Positions 49,173 through 58,915 of a stretch of 64,000 nucleotides of DNA are shown in pieces. The DNA is taken from IMG/VR virus record IMGVR_UViG_3300012667_000244, positions 34,326 to 98,325 of that record; one strand, given 5' to 3'. Origin of the DNA: a virus. Its lineage: Duplodnaviria; Caudoviricetes. The stretch's first letter is position 1, and each line of letters starts with the position of its first letter. Under the pieces are notes generated by a model. The model ran no database searches. It had not been told where the DNA came from and worked only from the letters and a program-made list of their open reading frames with translations. The translations under genes and the position numbers were made by a program.

Positions 49173-50318
49173 TGCTTGTGTGAGTCTTGAGTTTAAGAAT
49201 TCAAAGTACTCACTATCAGCATTAATAGGCACAACAATTAGTAGTCCGCTACCACCTTCGTTCCACATACCAGCACTAATCCCGTATTGGTACAAGAACT
49301 GTTCGAAGCTACTAGTTAGGGACTTCTCTACAACCAGTTCCAGGTTGTATACTAGGCCAAAGCTGTTATAACTTTTAATTATGCCCTGCTCTTGCATGTG
49401 ATTAAAAATATTATCAGCTAACTTTTTCTTATCTTCTACGCCTTCTAGCAACTTTTCCTTTTCTAGTTTGCGGATGTATGCTAGTGTTGAGTAGATTCCA
49501 CTAAGACTGAAACTGTAGCTAAAGCCGTGAGCGAACGGGATGTCTTTAATGGCATTATGAATCTTGTCATTTATTAGTGTAGCACTCAGTGGAAAGTATC
49601 CGCCAGTGAACGACTTGCCCATTGTAAATATATCAGGACAAACAGTGTCAGACCATCCGAAGAAGCTGCCCGTCTTTCCGCCGCACATAGCAATGTCATC
49701 GACAATTAGTACAACATCGAGGTCTGTACACTTTTGTCTTAGTCCTGTCCAGAAGTCTTGACCTGGATCGTATAGGCCATTTTGCCAACTACTAGTTTCA
49801 ATGACTACTGCACACAGCTCATCAGTTATCGAGTCTAAGTTATAGTCACTGACAATGCATCGAGGATCTTTACCATAGAAATCAGTCATGTAAGTTGCAT
49901 CGCTTACACTTGAGCTCATATATGTACTACCGTGATATGATTTAGTAAATCCTAAAAACTTGTTTCGATGATTGTACAGCTGGGCTAATCTTATAGCACC
50001 TTCGATAGCATCACTTCCGGACAATGCAAACACACTACGGTACCCACCACTTAGGTCGTATAGCTTATCTCCTAGCTCTAGAACTGCTTGATTAGTAGTG
50101 TAGAACTCGCCACTACAAAACGGCAACTTAGACATCTGCTCAGTAACGTCGTCAATGATATCTTGCTCTTTGAATCCTAACGGAAAACATCCACAGTTGC
50201 CCAGACTCAAGTCTAACAGCTCGTGTGTACCTTGCTTGAATCCAAACTTAGTGTATTCAGTTATTTGTCTAACTGTGACAACATCGTTAGTTGCGTAGGG
50301 GAATATTAATTTACTCAT
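49134..50318 (-). CDS. Class III PLP aminotransferase (BioA/omega-transaminase-like)
   Basis: SGSDAIEGA, SYHGST, LIVDDI..GGKTG, PDIFTMGKSFTGG. Confidence 0.9.
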   Translation of the reverse strand: MSKLIFPYATNDVVTVRQITEYTKFGFKQGTHELLDLSLGNCGCFPLGFKEQDIIDDVTEQMSKLPFCSGEFYTTNQAVLELGDKLYDLSGGYRSVFALSGSDAIEGAIRLAQLYNHRNKFLGFTKSYHGSTYMSSSVSDATYMTDFYGKDPRCIVSDYNLDSITDELCAVVIETSSWQNGLYDPGQDFWTGLRQKCTDLDVVLIVDDIAMCGGKTGSFFGWSDTVCPDIFTMGKSFTGGYFPLSATLINDKIHNAIKDIPFAHGFSYSFSLSGIYSTLAYIRKLEKEKLLEGVEDKKKLADNIFNHMQEQGIIKSYNSFGLVYNLELVVEKSLTSSFEQFLYQYGISAGMWNEGGSGLLIVVPINADSEYFEFLNSRLTQALIDYRAANSVTD

Positions 50319-50950
50319 ATAAAGCTCAAGCTCAATGAAATTCGTTTTAATTGCGGATCTAAGTTTTCAACACTGTGAATAGTAGTTGTATCTAGTCTAT
50401 GCCAGCGGTGTGGCTCTATCTGTATTTCTTCAACTAGCTCTAGTCTATCAATGGGAAATACTGTTTGCGGATAGACTCGCAAGTGACTGTACTCTGCTTT
50501 AGGTTTGTAAAAGCAAGTTCTGCTATTTCCACCTGTAGCGACTACATAGTTTAGTGCGTAGGTACGCATTTCGTCAATATGCGGAGTAATAGTAGTTCCG
50601 CCATACATTGCCTGTATACTAACATGCGCAACATTAGGATCTATATTAGCCCTTGCCCATTCGTTCAAGGAATCGTTTACTTCTAAAAAGTCAAAGTGTG
50701 CTAGATCCTTAAAGTGTTCCCAAGCATCTGCTAAAGGATAACCTAACGAATCGTCAGCGTTGTATTCAACATTTGTAATAGCATCAATGATTGCATCGCT
50801 TGCTCCAATATTTAACTCTGTTCGATTTTTAATGCTTTCGATAAACGCATCGCTATCGTGAAAATTGGCTATTGGTGCATTAACCAGTGCCAGAAGTTGC
50901 TCTTCTAATTCTGTTGGCAACGGTGGTAGATCTAAATAAGTAAAGTACAT
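50315..50950 (-). CDS. 2OG-Fe(II)/cupin oxygenase-like protein
   Basis: PHIDE.R...HSVEN...RISLS; start trimmed to 50950 (TATAAATA-N4-ATG). Confidence 0.7.
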   Translation of the reverse strand: MYFTYLDLPPLPTELEEQLLALVNAPIANFHDSDAFIESIKNRTELNIGASDAIIDAITNVEYNADDSLGYPLADAWEHFKDLAHFDFLEVNDSLNEWARANIDPNVAHVSIQAMYGGTTITPHIDEMRTYALNYVVATGGNSRTCFYKPKAEYSHLRVYPQTVFPIDRLELVEEIQIEPHRWHRLDTTTIHSVENLDPQLKRISLSLSFI

Positions 50951-50972
50951 AAGATATTTATAAGGTGCTTTA

Positions 50973-52580
50973 ATGAAGATTGTTATTATTGGCGGCGGGT
51001 CATCAGGCTGGATGACAGCGAGTTGGCTAAACAAGTTTGTTCCTAATAGTGAGATAACATTAGTTGAGAGTCCTGCTGTAGCCCGAATTGGGGTCGGTGA
51101 ATCAGTAACAGTCCACCTGACAGAATTTATTAGGGTACTAGGCATCAACGAACAGCACTTTATGTTCGAAACTGGCAGCATATACAAGTACGGAAATAAT
51201 TTTATTAATTGGTTGCACGGCGAAGGCGAAAACGAACTGTTTACCTTTGCGTTTAATAAAGGCAAAAAACACCTGTTCTCATCTCCGTATAACGGTGTAT
51301 CATGGACTGACCACATGGATGTATCTGTAGACGAGTTGCGACTTACTGACTATTGGTTAGAGTTGTTTAAGCAAGGACGCACTGACCGAAACTTTAGCAA
51401 AAACTTTACAGGGTGGACAGAATTCACTGAAGACCTTAAAGCACCATTTATTGATGGAGAGTCGTATCTACCAAAGAACGACCTTACATGGGCATATCAC
51501 ATTAACACTGAAAGGTTTGCAGATTACTTAATGAAGCATATAGCATTGCCTGGCGGTGTAAAACATAAACTAGCACATGTTAAGGGGGTAGAAAAATCAG
51601 GCCAGCATATTTCCAAAGTTATTCTAGACACCGGTGAAGATATTGTTGCAGACTTATATATTGATTGTTCAGGTTTCCATCGTGCGTTAATCAGAGAATT
51701 TGACGACATCAAATGGAAGTGGTATGATAACTGCCCGGCTAACACTTCATTTGTGTGCCAAGTTGATTACGAAGACCCGGTAAGAGAAATGGTCAACTAT
51801 ACTAAGTCTATCGCAATGGATAAAGGGTGGGTGTTTGATGTTGACTTATACCACCGCCGTGGTACCGGTTATATTTTTAACAATGACTTTGTCAGTGACG
51901 ATGATGTACTAAAAGAATTCCACGAAAAGATTTTAACTAAGCCTAAGTTTGAACCTAAGAAAATTTCTTGGGATAAGAAGCGTATGATTTCGCCGGGATT
52001 TGGTAATGTAGTAGCTGTGGGAATGACTATTGGATTTATTGAACCTATGGAAGCAAACATGCTAGGTGTTATATCTAACTCCGCCTGGGAGATTGCACAT
52101 ACTATTGAAGCTAATCGAGCCAATCTTCATAACATTGATTGGAGCGATTACAACACAAAGATGAGCTATACCTTCGATGATATTGCAGATTTTATATTAG
52201 TACACTACACTCTAACTTCTAGAACTGATAACGAATTCTGGTTACAAATGCGTGATATAGGCCAACAACTAAATCATGAACAGTTATTGCTAGACAAGTA
52301 CAACGATCATAAAAATACAATCAGCGGCGCAGCCCAGTCAAAGTGTTTCTTCCCTGACTATATGTGGATAGAGTTGGCAGCAACTTGGAACTTAGATCTA
52401 AGCAAGTGGCCCTCAAAGAATATCCCTGAAGACGAACTTAGATTAGCAGAGTTACACTTTAAGTACATTCAAGATCATTTAAAAATGTCGTCAAGCAAGT
52501 TTCCGCAATATCACGAGTATCTTAAAAATACAATCTTTAAAGGCATGAGTCCACAAGAGTGGATGGCTTTAAAATTTTAA
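50973..52580 (+). CDS. Tryptophan-halogenase-family flavin-dependent enzyme
   Basis: GGGSSGW, IGVGES, K..N.F.NW, AYHIN, YIDCSGF, FIEPME, DFILVHY. Confidence 0.85.
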   Translation: MKIVIIGGGSSGWMTASWLNKFVPNSEITLVESPAVARIGVGESVTVHLTEFIRVLGINEQHFMFETGSIYKYGNNFINWLHGEGENELFTFAFNKGKKHLFSSPYNGVSWTDHMDVSVDELRLTDYWLELFKQGRTDRNFSKNFTGWTEFTEDLKAPFIDGESYLPKNDLTWAYHINTERFADYLMKHIALPGGVKHKLAHVKGVEKSGQHISKVILDTGEDIVADLYIDCSGFHRALIREFDDIKWKWYDNCPANTSFVCQVDYEDPVREMVNYTKSIAMDKGWVFDVDLYHRRGTGYIFNNDFVSDDDVLKEFHEKILTKPKFEPKKISWDKKRMISPGFGNVVAVGMTIGFIEPMEANMLGVISNSAWEIAHTIEANRANLHNIDWSDYNTKMSYTFDDIADFILVHYTLTSRTDNEFWLQMRDIGQQLNHEQLLLDKYNDHKNTISGAAQSKCFFPDYMWIELAATWNLDLSKWPSKNIPEDELRLAELHFKYIQDHLKMSSSKFPQYHEYLKNTIFKGMSPQEWMALKF

Positions 52581-53158
52581 GAATAGACTGCTTGATAGAT
52601 GCCTGGTAGAGGATTTCCAGGCCACTGGATGTAATCATTAAAGCCACGCTCTACTAGCAACTTCATATCCAATCTCCCATCTGTTTCTAGTTTGTTAACT
52701 AGCTCCTCACGCTGGTTGTTTAGTATCGGCCTGTAAAAATCCATTGCTATAGGTTGTTCGCTATAGCTACTAGCAGAATAAAAAGACCATGCGTGTATCT
52801 TATTATTAGTGTCTACATAAAAGTACTTGGTATAAAAGCTAGGCTTGTATATTTGCTCGGTATGCAAGTCTTTAGTTATTTGTAACAACTGTTCAGCGCA
52901 GTCATCGGGCACACTGTCCTCGCATGTATTGCCGTACCACTTAAAGTATATGCGTCTAAACTGCTGGTCAAAGTTAACACACTCCGGTGCCCAACTATAC
53001 TTTGATAACTGTAGCAAGTATCTACATTCTCTGTTGTACACTTCGTCAACTAACTCTTGTGGGTAACGATCGCCTTCTGGATTAAACTCCATTATGGCTA
53101 AGTTACCCTTTGTCATTAAGGTAAAAATACCGTGGTCAATAGTTGTCAAGATGGTCAA
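52577..53158 (-). CDS. Protein-kinase-like fold, catalytic Asp residues missing
   Basis: YNRECRYL...WAPE...IYFKWYG...LH...YKPS; paralogue of 53960. Confidence 0.5.
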   Translation of the reverse strand: MTILTTIDHGIFTLMTKGNLAIMEFNPEGDRYPQELVDEVYNRECRYLLQLSKYSWAPECVNFDQQFRRIYFKWYGNTCEDSVPDDCAEQLLQITKDLHTEQIYKPSFYTKYFYVDTNNKIHAWSFYSASSYSEQPIAMDFYRPILNNQREELVNKLETDGRLDMKLLVERGFNDYIQWPGNPLPGIYQAVYS

Positions 53159-53936
53159 TTCCTAACTTCTTGCGGAACGCTTCTGTAAACTTGCCGTCAA
53201 TGCGTAAGCTGTAACTCTGTTCCATAATGCGTTCACCACCGTGCCAGTCTTGGTCGTTCCACCATGCGGCACGAGTGTTAAGATACACTTTGTTTTTCTT
53301 TTCTGGATCCCATACATAGAATGCTTTCTTAGTATTAGGGCGTATATGTATAAACTCGTTACGATGTGGCATCATAACATTCATGCCGTTCTTTGCATCT
53401 AAGTCTCTGTGCTCAAAAGGAATACCATCGTGGTCGCAATGAAAGAAGATTACACGACCAATGTGTTCAAACACTGTACCTTGTAATTGCTCAACCCACT
53501 TAACCACATTGGGAAAGTGTGCAGCCTCTTCAGTGAGCTTGCGTGGGGCTGTGCGATCGTCCCAACTGCCTTCTTCCCAGAGGAAATAGTAAATGTACGG
53601 GTCGTATGCCCCCATAGCCATTTTAAGAAATCTTGTTAGTTTGTTACGCATCTTGTAATCACTGAAGTCTTTACAAAACGCACTACCTGCTAGTTTAATA
53701 GGATCGTTGTCATCTAATGCCTGGAACTCTGCTAATGCTTGATACATAGGTTTCCAGTTTGGTTGATAGCTCATGTCTTCAAAAGTAAATCCAGGCTTCA
53801 TCCAAGTTCCTTCTTTAGCGAACTCTCGTGCAGTAGCGAAGCCCGCGATTATTTCGGGCTGTAGTCTGTCAAACTCTGCCATATCTAAGTGTTGTTCCAT
53901 GCTATAATATGGAATGCCGTTTATGCCCTTGATCAT
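53136..53936 (-). CDS. 2OG-Fe(II)/AspH-like oxygenase
   Basis: GRVIFF...FEHRD...WHGG...SLRIDG; GAGG RBS. Confidence 0.6.
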   Translation of the reverse strand: MIKGINGIPYYSMEQHLDMAEFDRLQPEIIAGFATAREFAKEGTWMKPGFTFEDMSYQPNWKPMYQALAEFQALDDNDPIKLAGSAFCKDFSDYKMRNKLTRFLKMAMGAYDPYIYYFLWEEGSWDDRTAPRKLTEEAAHFPNVVKWVEQLQGTVFEHIGRVIFFHCDHDGIPFEHRDLDAKNGMNVMMPHRNEFIHIRPNTKKAFYVWDPEKKNKVYLNTRAAWWNDQDWHGGERIMEQSYSLRIDGKFTEAFRKKLGIDHLDNY

Positions 53937-53959
53937 GTTTCCTCTTTGATAATTACTAT

Positions 53960-54646
53960 ATGAACTACGAATACTACTACAACAATGTGCCAGGTTCCGG
54001 CTTGTGTCGTAACAATCTTATTTACACTAGTTTAATGAGTGCCGATAAAAAAGTTTTCGTGCAACATTACACTACAGAAGGCGACTACCATAAAGGGCAG
54101 AATCAAGTAGTAGATCCAAAATTAATGGAAGATAAGTTCCAGCGTGAAGTCAAGTACTTGCGTATGATGGAAAAGATATTTCCAGAGTTCGTTCCAAAGA
54201 TCTTGATGATTGATAACTGTGAACGCAAAATATACTTAGAAGTAGAAGGTCCGGACTTTTGGGAACTAGCAGGCTGTGACAGCGCAAACTTTGATAAAGT
54301 CTTGCCCGACTGGCAAGAACAGATGCTGACAATCATAGAAGCACATCATGCAGTATGTTTGTACAAATATTCAATGCACCCTAGCAGTTATTTTATTATA
54401 GACGGCAAACTGAAAAGCATTAACTACTTCTTTACCTATCACCTAATAGAAGGTCCTATTAGTATTGCCGACCATACTAGTCACATCTATAGCACTAGAC
54501 AAGAAGAGATGAAGAAGGCAACAGATGCTATGGGCATTAGTTGGACTGAGCCGCAGCCGTTAGCCCTGCTAGAAGAATTGTGCTGGGAAAGTTTTAGAAA
54601 GAACTATCCAGCTGACTTTATTGAGAAGGCTAAATGTATAAAATAA
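53960..54646 (+). CDS. Protein-kinase-like fold, catalytic Asp residues missing
   Basis: FQREVKYL...FVPKIL...IYLE...YKYSMHPSSY...LKSINYF. Confidence 0.5.
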   Translation: MNYEYYYNNVPGSGLCRNNLIYTSLMSADKKVFVQHYTTEGDYHKGQNQVVDPKLMEDKFQREVKYLRMMEKIFPEFVPKILMIDNCERKIYLEVEGPDFWELAGCDSANFDKVLPDWQEQMLTIIEAHHAVCLYKYSMHPSSYFIIDGKLKSINYFFTYHLIEGPISIADHTSHIYSTRQEEMKKATDAMGISWTEPQPLALLEELCWESFRKNYPADFIEKAKCIK

Positions 54647-55170
54647 TTCCGTGGACCCCGGAACTAGACCTAACTGAATTCTATGCTGAAGCAGACCGTA
54701 GGGGTTTTGTAAATAACGCTAGTCAGAAGGCAATGATAGATTGCTTCAAGAACGAGCGTGAGTGGTGTGTGTGGATTCTTTACTACAACAATAAGGCCGT
54801 AGGCTCAGTGGGCGCACACAGCATAGATGAAGGTTATCGTATTTGTGCAAGGACTTGCTTGTTCAGTGATCAGTTGCCAGCTACTACTTTGCGTACTAGA
54901 AATCAAATAGCAACGCATCAGCATTACACAGCACAGTTCTTCATGCCAGTGTGTATCGAATGGGCTAAAGGTGACATGTACATAACCACACATCCTAGTG
55001 ATGTAGGTACGCAACGACTTGTACATACCGTATGGGGACCAACACTGGAAAAGACTGGTGTGCTGACTAGAGCATTTGAAAAAGAATATCGTGGACATGT
55101 ACAGACTTTCTGGAAGTTAAATAGTTCTGTATTCTTAGAACAACTAAACAAGGTAGAGCGATGGAATTAA
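54634..55170 (+). CDS. GNAT-fold acyltransferase-like protein
   Basis: WILYYNNKAVGSVG...RICAR...MYITT pattern. Confidence 0.5.
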   Translation: MYKIIPWTPELDLTEFYAEADRRGFVNNASQKAMIDCFKNEREWCVWILYYNNKAVGSVGAHSIDEGYRICARTCLFSDQLPATTLRTRNQIATHQHYTAQFFMPVCIEWAKGDMYITTHPSDVGTQRLVHTVWGPTLEKTGVLTRAFEKEYRGHVQTFWKLNSSVFLEQLNKVERWN

Positions 55171-56243
55171 CCATATCATTATGTGAACACTGCTACAGAC
55201 ATGTACCAGCAGAAAAGTTTGAGCGTGACGGAAGCATCTGGATGAAGAAGACTTGTCCTGTTCACGGCGAATCAGAATACATGATAGAGCGTGATGCAGA
55301 GTTCTACAACACATTGGAGTTTGACCCTTACGGCTATGATGTTCCAAGCGGCATTATGGTAGAAGTCACAGACCGTTGCAACTTGAAGTGTCCGCATTGC
55401 TATCACGAACCCGAGTCAGCAACCACAGACAAACCTATTGACCTAATCTTAGCGCAAATTGAATCGTGGCCTGATGATGCTGGTAGTGTTATCCTTGCAG
55501 GTGCAGAACCTACTGTAAGAAAAGACCTACCGGAACTTATTCGAAGTGTGGCAGATTTACAACAGAAATTGGGCAGAAGTCACCAGGATATTACCATCCT
55601 TACAAACGGCGTAAAGCTAAGTGATAGGGCTTGGGTGCAAGAGATTAAACAAAGCGGCTGTAGGGCTGTTATGATAGGTTTAAACCACCATAGCTACCAG
55701 GGTGAAACTGTGCATCGCAAGCAACTTGAAGGCATCCAAAATTGTAAGGAAGAAGGCATACTTTTGTACTACATTGGATATACACTAGAAAGTATTACAC
55801 ACATTCCGGATGTTTTGGAAGAAATTCAACTGCTAGGCGATAGTGCTACACAATATCGTATCCGTGCTGGCAGTGACATTGGACGCAACCCTGACGAGCC
55901 ACGCTACTACCTAAGCGACCACATTAAGGAAATCAAAGCCTACTGTGATAGTCGAGGCTGGACATGGGAAAAGATTCCTGCTGATGACAACCTGTATCAC
56001 TACATGGTCAAGATCAACGGAATTGTACATAGACTGATCCAGTGGAGTGATCCTAAGACTATTGACATGGAAGAACTGCGTTGTGGCCCATGGTGTGACT
56101 TTGTGCCAGGCAAGCCTATTACTAACTTCTTACATCAGATCATGTTGCGTGATCAAGCAGTTAATAAAAATATGATGTTGTGGGATACTGTCCCAGAACG
56201 CTATCAGTTCCGTAGCAGGGAAGCGATGCGCTTAGATCCTTAA
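55161..56243 (+). CDS. Radical SAM protein of the MJ0619/tetraether-synthase-like architecture
   Basis: N-term SLCEHC...VPA...K.CPVHG metal site; EVTDRCNLKCPHC; GAEPT; TNG. Confidence 0.8.
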   Translation: MELTISLCEHCYRHVPAEKFERDGSIWMKKTCPVHGESEYMIERDAEFYNTLEFDPYGYDVPSGIMVEVTDRCNLKCPHCYHEPESATTDKPIDLILAQIESWPDDAGSVILAGAEPTVRKDLPELIRSVADLQQKLGRSHQDITILTNGVKLSDRAWVQEIKQSGCRAVMIGLNHHSYQGETVHRKQLEGIQNCKEEGILLYYIGYTLESITHIPDVLEEIQLLGDSATQYRIRAGSDIGRNPDEPRYYLSDHIKEIKAYCDSRGWTWEKIPADDNLYHYMVKINGIVHRLIQWSDPKTIDMEELRCGPWCDFVPGKPITNFLHQIMLRDQAVNKNMMLWDTVPERYQFRSREAMRLDP

Positions 56244-56587
56244 CGCTCTAAATAATTTACAACTGTATCTTTAGGATTGAAGAACTCGTTAACTGTATAG
56301 AGTACAACAGTTCTGTTGAAAGGTTTACAACTAAACAAGTCAATGTAGCCTGCTCGAGTAGAGTTTACAAAGTGTGCAGTTATATTACTAGTTGTAATCA
56401 TCTGCAATACACTGTAGCCCTCATTGTCAGTTCCTGGCAATAGGAATTCAATTTGCGGTTCACCATGTGCAACCATATCAACTCTATCGATCAATACTCT
56501 GACAAACTCAGCAATACGCTCTTTGTCAGTAATGTAATCTAGATTACACTCTGTGCAATCAACCATCATATGATATCCCCAAGCCAT
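56240..56587 (-). CDS. speD: S-adenosylmethionine decarboxylase proenzyme-like
   Basis: GYH...DC, GYS...ITTSNITAH, YIDLFSCKPF. Confidence 0.8.
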   Translation of the reverse strand: MAWGYHMMVDCTECNLDYITDKERIAEFVRVLIDRVDMVAHGEPQIEFLLPGTDNEGYSVLQMITTSNITAHFVNSTRAGYIDLFSCKPFNRTVVLYTVNEFFNPKDTVVNYLER

Positions 56588-57273
56588 TATAGTTCCTTAA
56601 GAATTAGTTCAGCTAATGCTGTGTGTGCTTCTTGGTCATAGTGTCTGTAAGGCAACTGTTTGAACTTGCGTTCAATGCACCATTTGGCGTACGATGCATG
56701 TCCTTCAAAATCTAACACATTGTCTGTTGTGCTAAACTCTTCAGTAACTAACGGGATATGCAAGAAGTCAGTGGCATACATTGTGCAGGTGTTGTCTACA
56801 TGGAACATAAGCTCGTTCATGTTATTGTAAGGCCTAAGTATGTTTTTAATGAACACATCGTTAATTGGATGTTCCATTCCCTTACGCTTAATAGGGCCTT
56901 CCCATTGTAGTCCAACTTGTATAAAATTATCTGCATCACGCCCTAGAAAGTTACCTGCGTCCGGATAATAAAATTCTGAACGGTCAGTGCAAGTGTAGCC
57001 AAATAGCACTAAACTGTTAGGATGCTCTTGAACTGCTTTAGTTAATAGTCTAAGACTGCGAGCATTGCTCCCGCCTGTCATAGCATAATTGTAACAAGGA
57101 ACTTTTAATTGGTTTGCTACTATTTGCGGAAATGCTAACACTTTGCCCGGGGCATCTAATTCTTCTATTGTTAGTTTACCCTGTGTGTAATCATCTAGCC
57201 CGCCCTGCCCGGCAAGTTCACACCCTGCTACATGGCTATCGCCAAATGCTAATACGGATTGAAAATATTTCAT
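56587..57273 (-). CDS. SGNH/GDSL hydrolase-like protein
   Basis: FGDSH, NYAMTGGSN, C-terminal HY...AH. Confidence 0.7.
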   Translation of the reverse strand: MKYFQSVLAFGDSHVAGCELAGQGGLDDYTQGKLTIEELDAPGKVLAFPQIVANQLKVPCYNYAMTGGSNARSLRLLTKAVQEHPNSLVLFGYTCTDRSEFYYPDAGNFLGRDADNFIQVGLQWEGPIKRKGMEHPINDVFIKNILRPYNNMNELMFHVDNTCTMYATDFLHIPLVTEEFSTTDNVLDFEGHASYAKWCIERKFKQLPYRHYDQEAHTALAELILKEL

Positions 57274-57301
57274 GATGTTTTTATCTGCTTAAATATATGC
57301 T

Positions 57302-58915
57302 ATGTTTAATGTAATACTATTTACCGATGCGCCGTATCCTCATCACAAAATCCGCGGGTATGGTGTTCACCGTATTGCTAGCCAAATCAGAGCCAACGGC
57401 TACACTTGCTTAGTTGTAGACTTTAGTTCAGCACTCACCTTTGACAAGTATAAAGAGATCATAGATGCCAGTGTTGGCCCTGAAACCCTAATGGTTGGTT
57501 ATAGTACTACATGGTTGCCCTATCGTTGGCCCGAACTGCCCGGAGAGTTTACTAATCAAATTCCTGGGCACTACATCGGTGAAGATCACGAGCTAAGTAA
57601 TACCAAAGAAGAAAAGCACGACTGGCGCAAGGACAACCTAGTTGTTAAGTTTGGCAAAGATGAAGTAGACGAGTTTTTACAGTATCCTAAGACTATCAAT
57701 CCTAAACTTAAAATTGTACTAGGTGGAGCAAAGGCAGACTTCTACATGGACTTGAAGAATGTGGACCATGTTATCTTTGGCATTGCTGAAACAATGACCA
57801 TTGACCTGCTGGACAAGTTAAGCGGCAAAAGCAAACGCATATTCAACAAGTTTATTGACCATGATCGCAAAGCACATGCCGACACATGGGACTTTCGTGA
57901 AAGTTCTACACGCTACACAGAACTAGACTTTATACAGCCACAAGAAACACTAACACTAGAAGTAGGTCGGGGATGCCGTTTTAAGTGTGCATTCTGCAAC
58001 TTTCCCTTAATTGGCCAGAAGAATGTCAACGACTACTTAAAGTATCCTAATAAGATCCGTGATGAGCTATTAGAAAACTACGAACGCTGGGGAACTACAA
58101 AATACTTTATTGTAGACGACACATTTAACGACAGTACAGAAAAATTAGAAATGATGGTTAAGGTCATGCGTGACTTACCATTTAAGATCAAGTTCTGGTG
58201 CTATACACGCATCGACTTATTAGCGGCACATCCTGAACAGATAGAGCTATTGAAAGAACTAGGTGTTGCTGAAACATTCTTCGGCCTTGAAACATTTAAT
58301 GATCAAAGCTCAAAGACTATCGGCAAAGGTATGCCCAGCAGTCGCCGCAAGGATACTCTGTACCGAGCAAAAGAAGCGTGGGGTGATCGTGTCACAATGG
58401 AAGGCGGCTTTATGATTGGCCTGCCCTATGAAACACAAGCTAGCTGGCGCACGACAGTAGACTGGTTAAAGCAAGCAGATTGTCCTTTAGACATCAGCAC
58501 TTGCTATCCTGTTAACATTGTTAAAAAGTCAGATCGCAATCAATGGTTCCCTACCAGCTGGTTCGACAACAACTACGAAAAGTTTGGTTATGAGTTTCCG
58601 CATGAAGGCATTGAAGGTATGCTAGCATGGGAAAAGAATGACGGCACTGACATTACTAGTTTTATGCAGGCCCAAGAAATTGCAGATGCTACAACACAAG
58701 AACTAGCACCTTACCAACGCATACGCCGTGGCGACTTTTACACTAGCAGTTTTAATCATCCGTTATTCTGCGACAGAGAAAAGACTCTAGATATGTCGCC
58801 TGCAGAATATACTAAGTTGTTTGAAGGTATTGACTTTGATCAATTGTTCTTTGAACATACTAATAGAGATTACTTTATTCCCCTACTGAATAAACTAAAG
58901 GGTCGCAATGTTTGA
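57302..58915 (+). CDS. Class B-type (B12-binding-domain-like) radical SAM protein
   Basis: N-term G..RIAS..R..GY...VVD...VLGG; GRGCRFKCAFC; DDTFN; FFGLET; IGLPYET. Confidence 0.88.
   Translation: MFNVILFTDAPYPHHKIRGYGVHRIASQIRANGYTCLVVDFSSALTFDKYKEIIDASVGPETLMVGYSTTWLPYRWPELPGEFTNQIPGHYIGEDHELSNTKEEKHDWRKDNLVVKFGKDEVDEFLQYPKTINPKLKIVLGGAKADFYMDLKNVDHVIFGIAETMTIDLLDKLSGKSKRIFNKFIDHDRKAHADTWDFRESSTRYTELDFIQPQETLTLEVGRGCRFKCAFCNFPLIGQKNVNDYLKYPNKIRDELLENYERWGTTKYFIVDDTFNDSTEKLEMMVKVMRDLPFKIKFWCYTRIDLLAAHPEQIELLKELGVAETFFGLETFNDQSSKTIGKGMPSSRRKDTLYRAKEAWGDRVTMEGGFMIGLPYETQASWRTTVDWLKQADCPLDISTCYPVNIVKKSDRNQWFPTSWFDNNYEKFGYEFPHEGIEGMLAWEKNDGTDITSFMQAQEIADATTQELAPYQRIRRGDFYTSSFNHPLFCDREKTLDMSPAEYTKLFEGIDFDQLFFEHTNRDYFIPLLNKLKGRNV

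Noticed and set aside
38252-51316. Long N-terminal extensions in the ORF track (39151, 39084, 51316)
   Set aside because: They overlap divergent genes; internal ATGs next to TAAATA boxes fit better.
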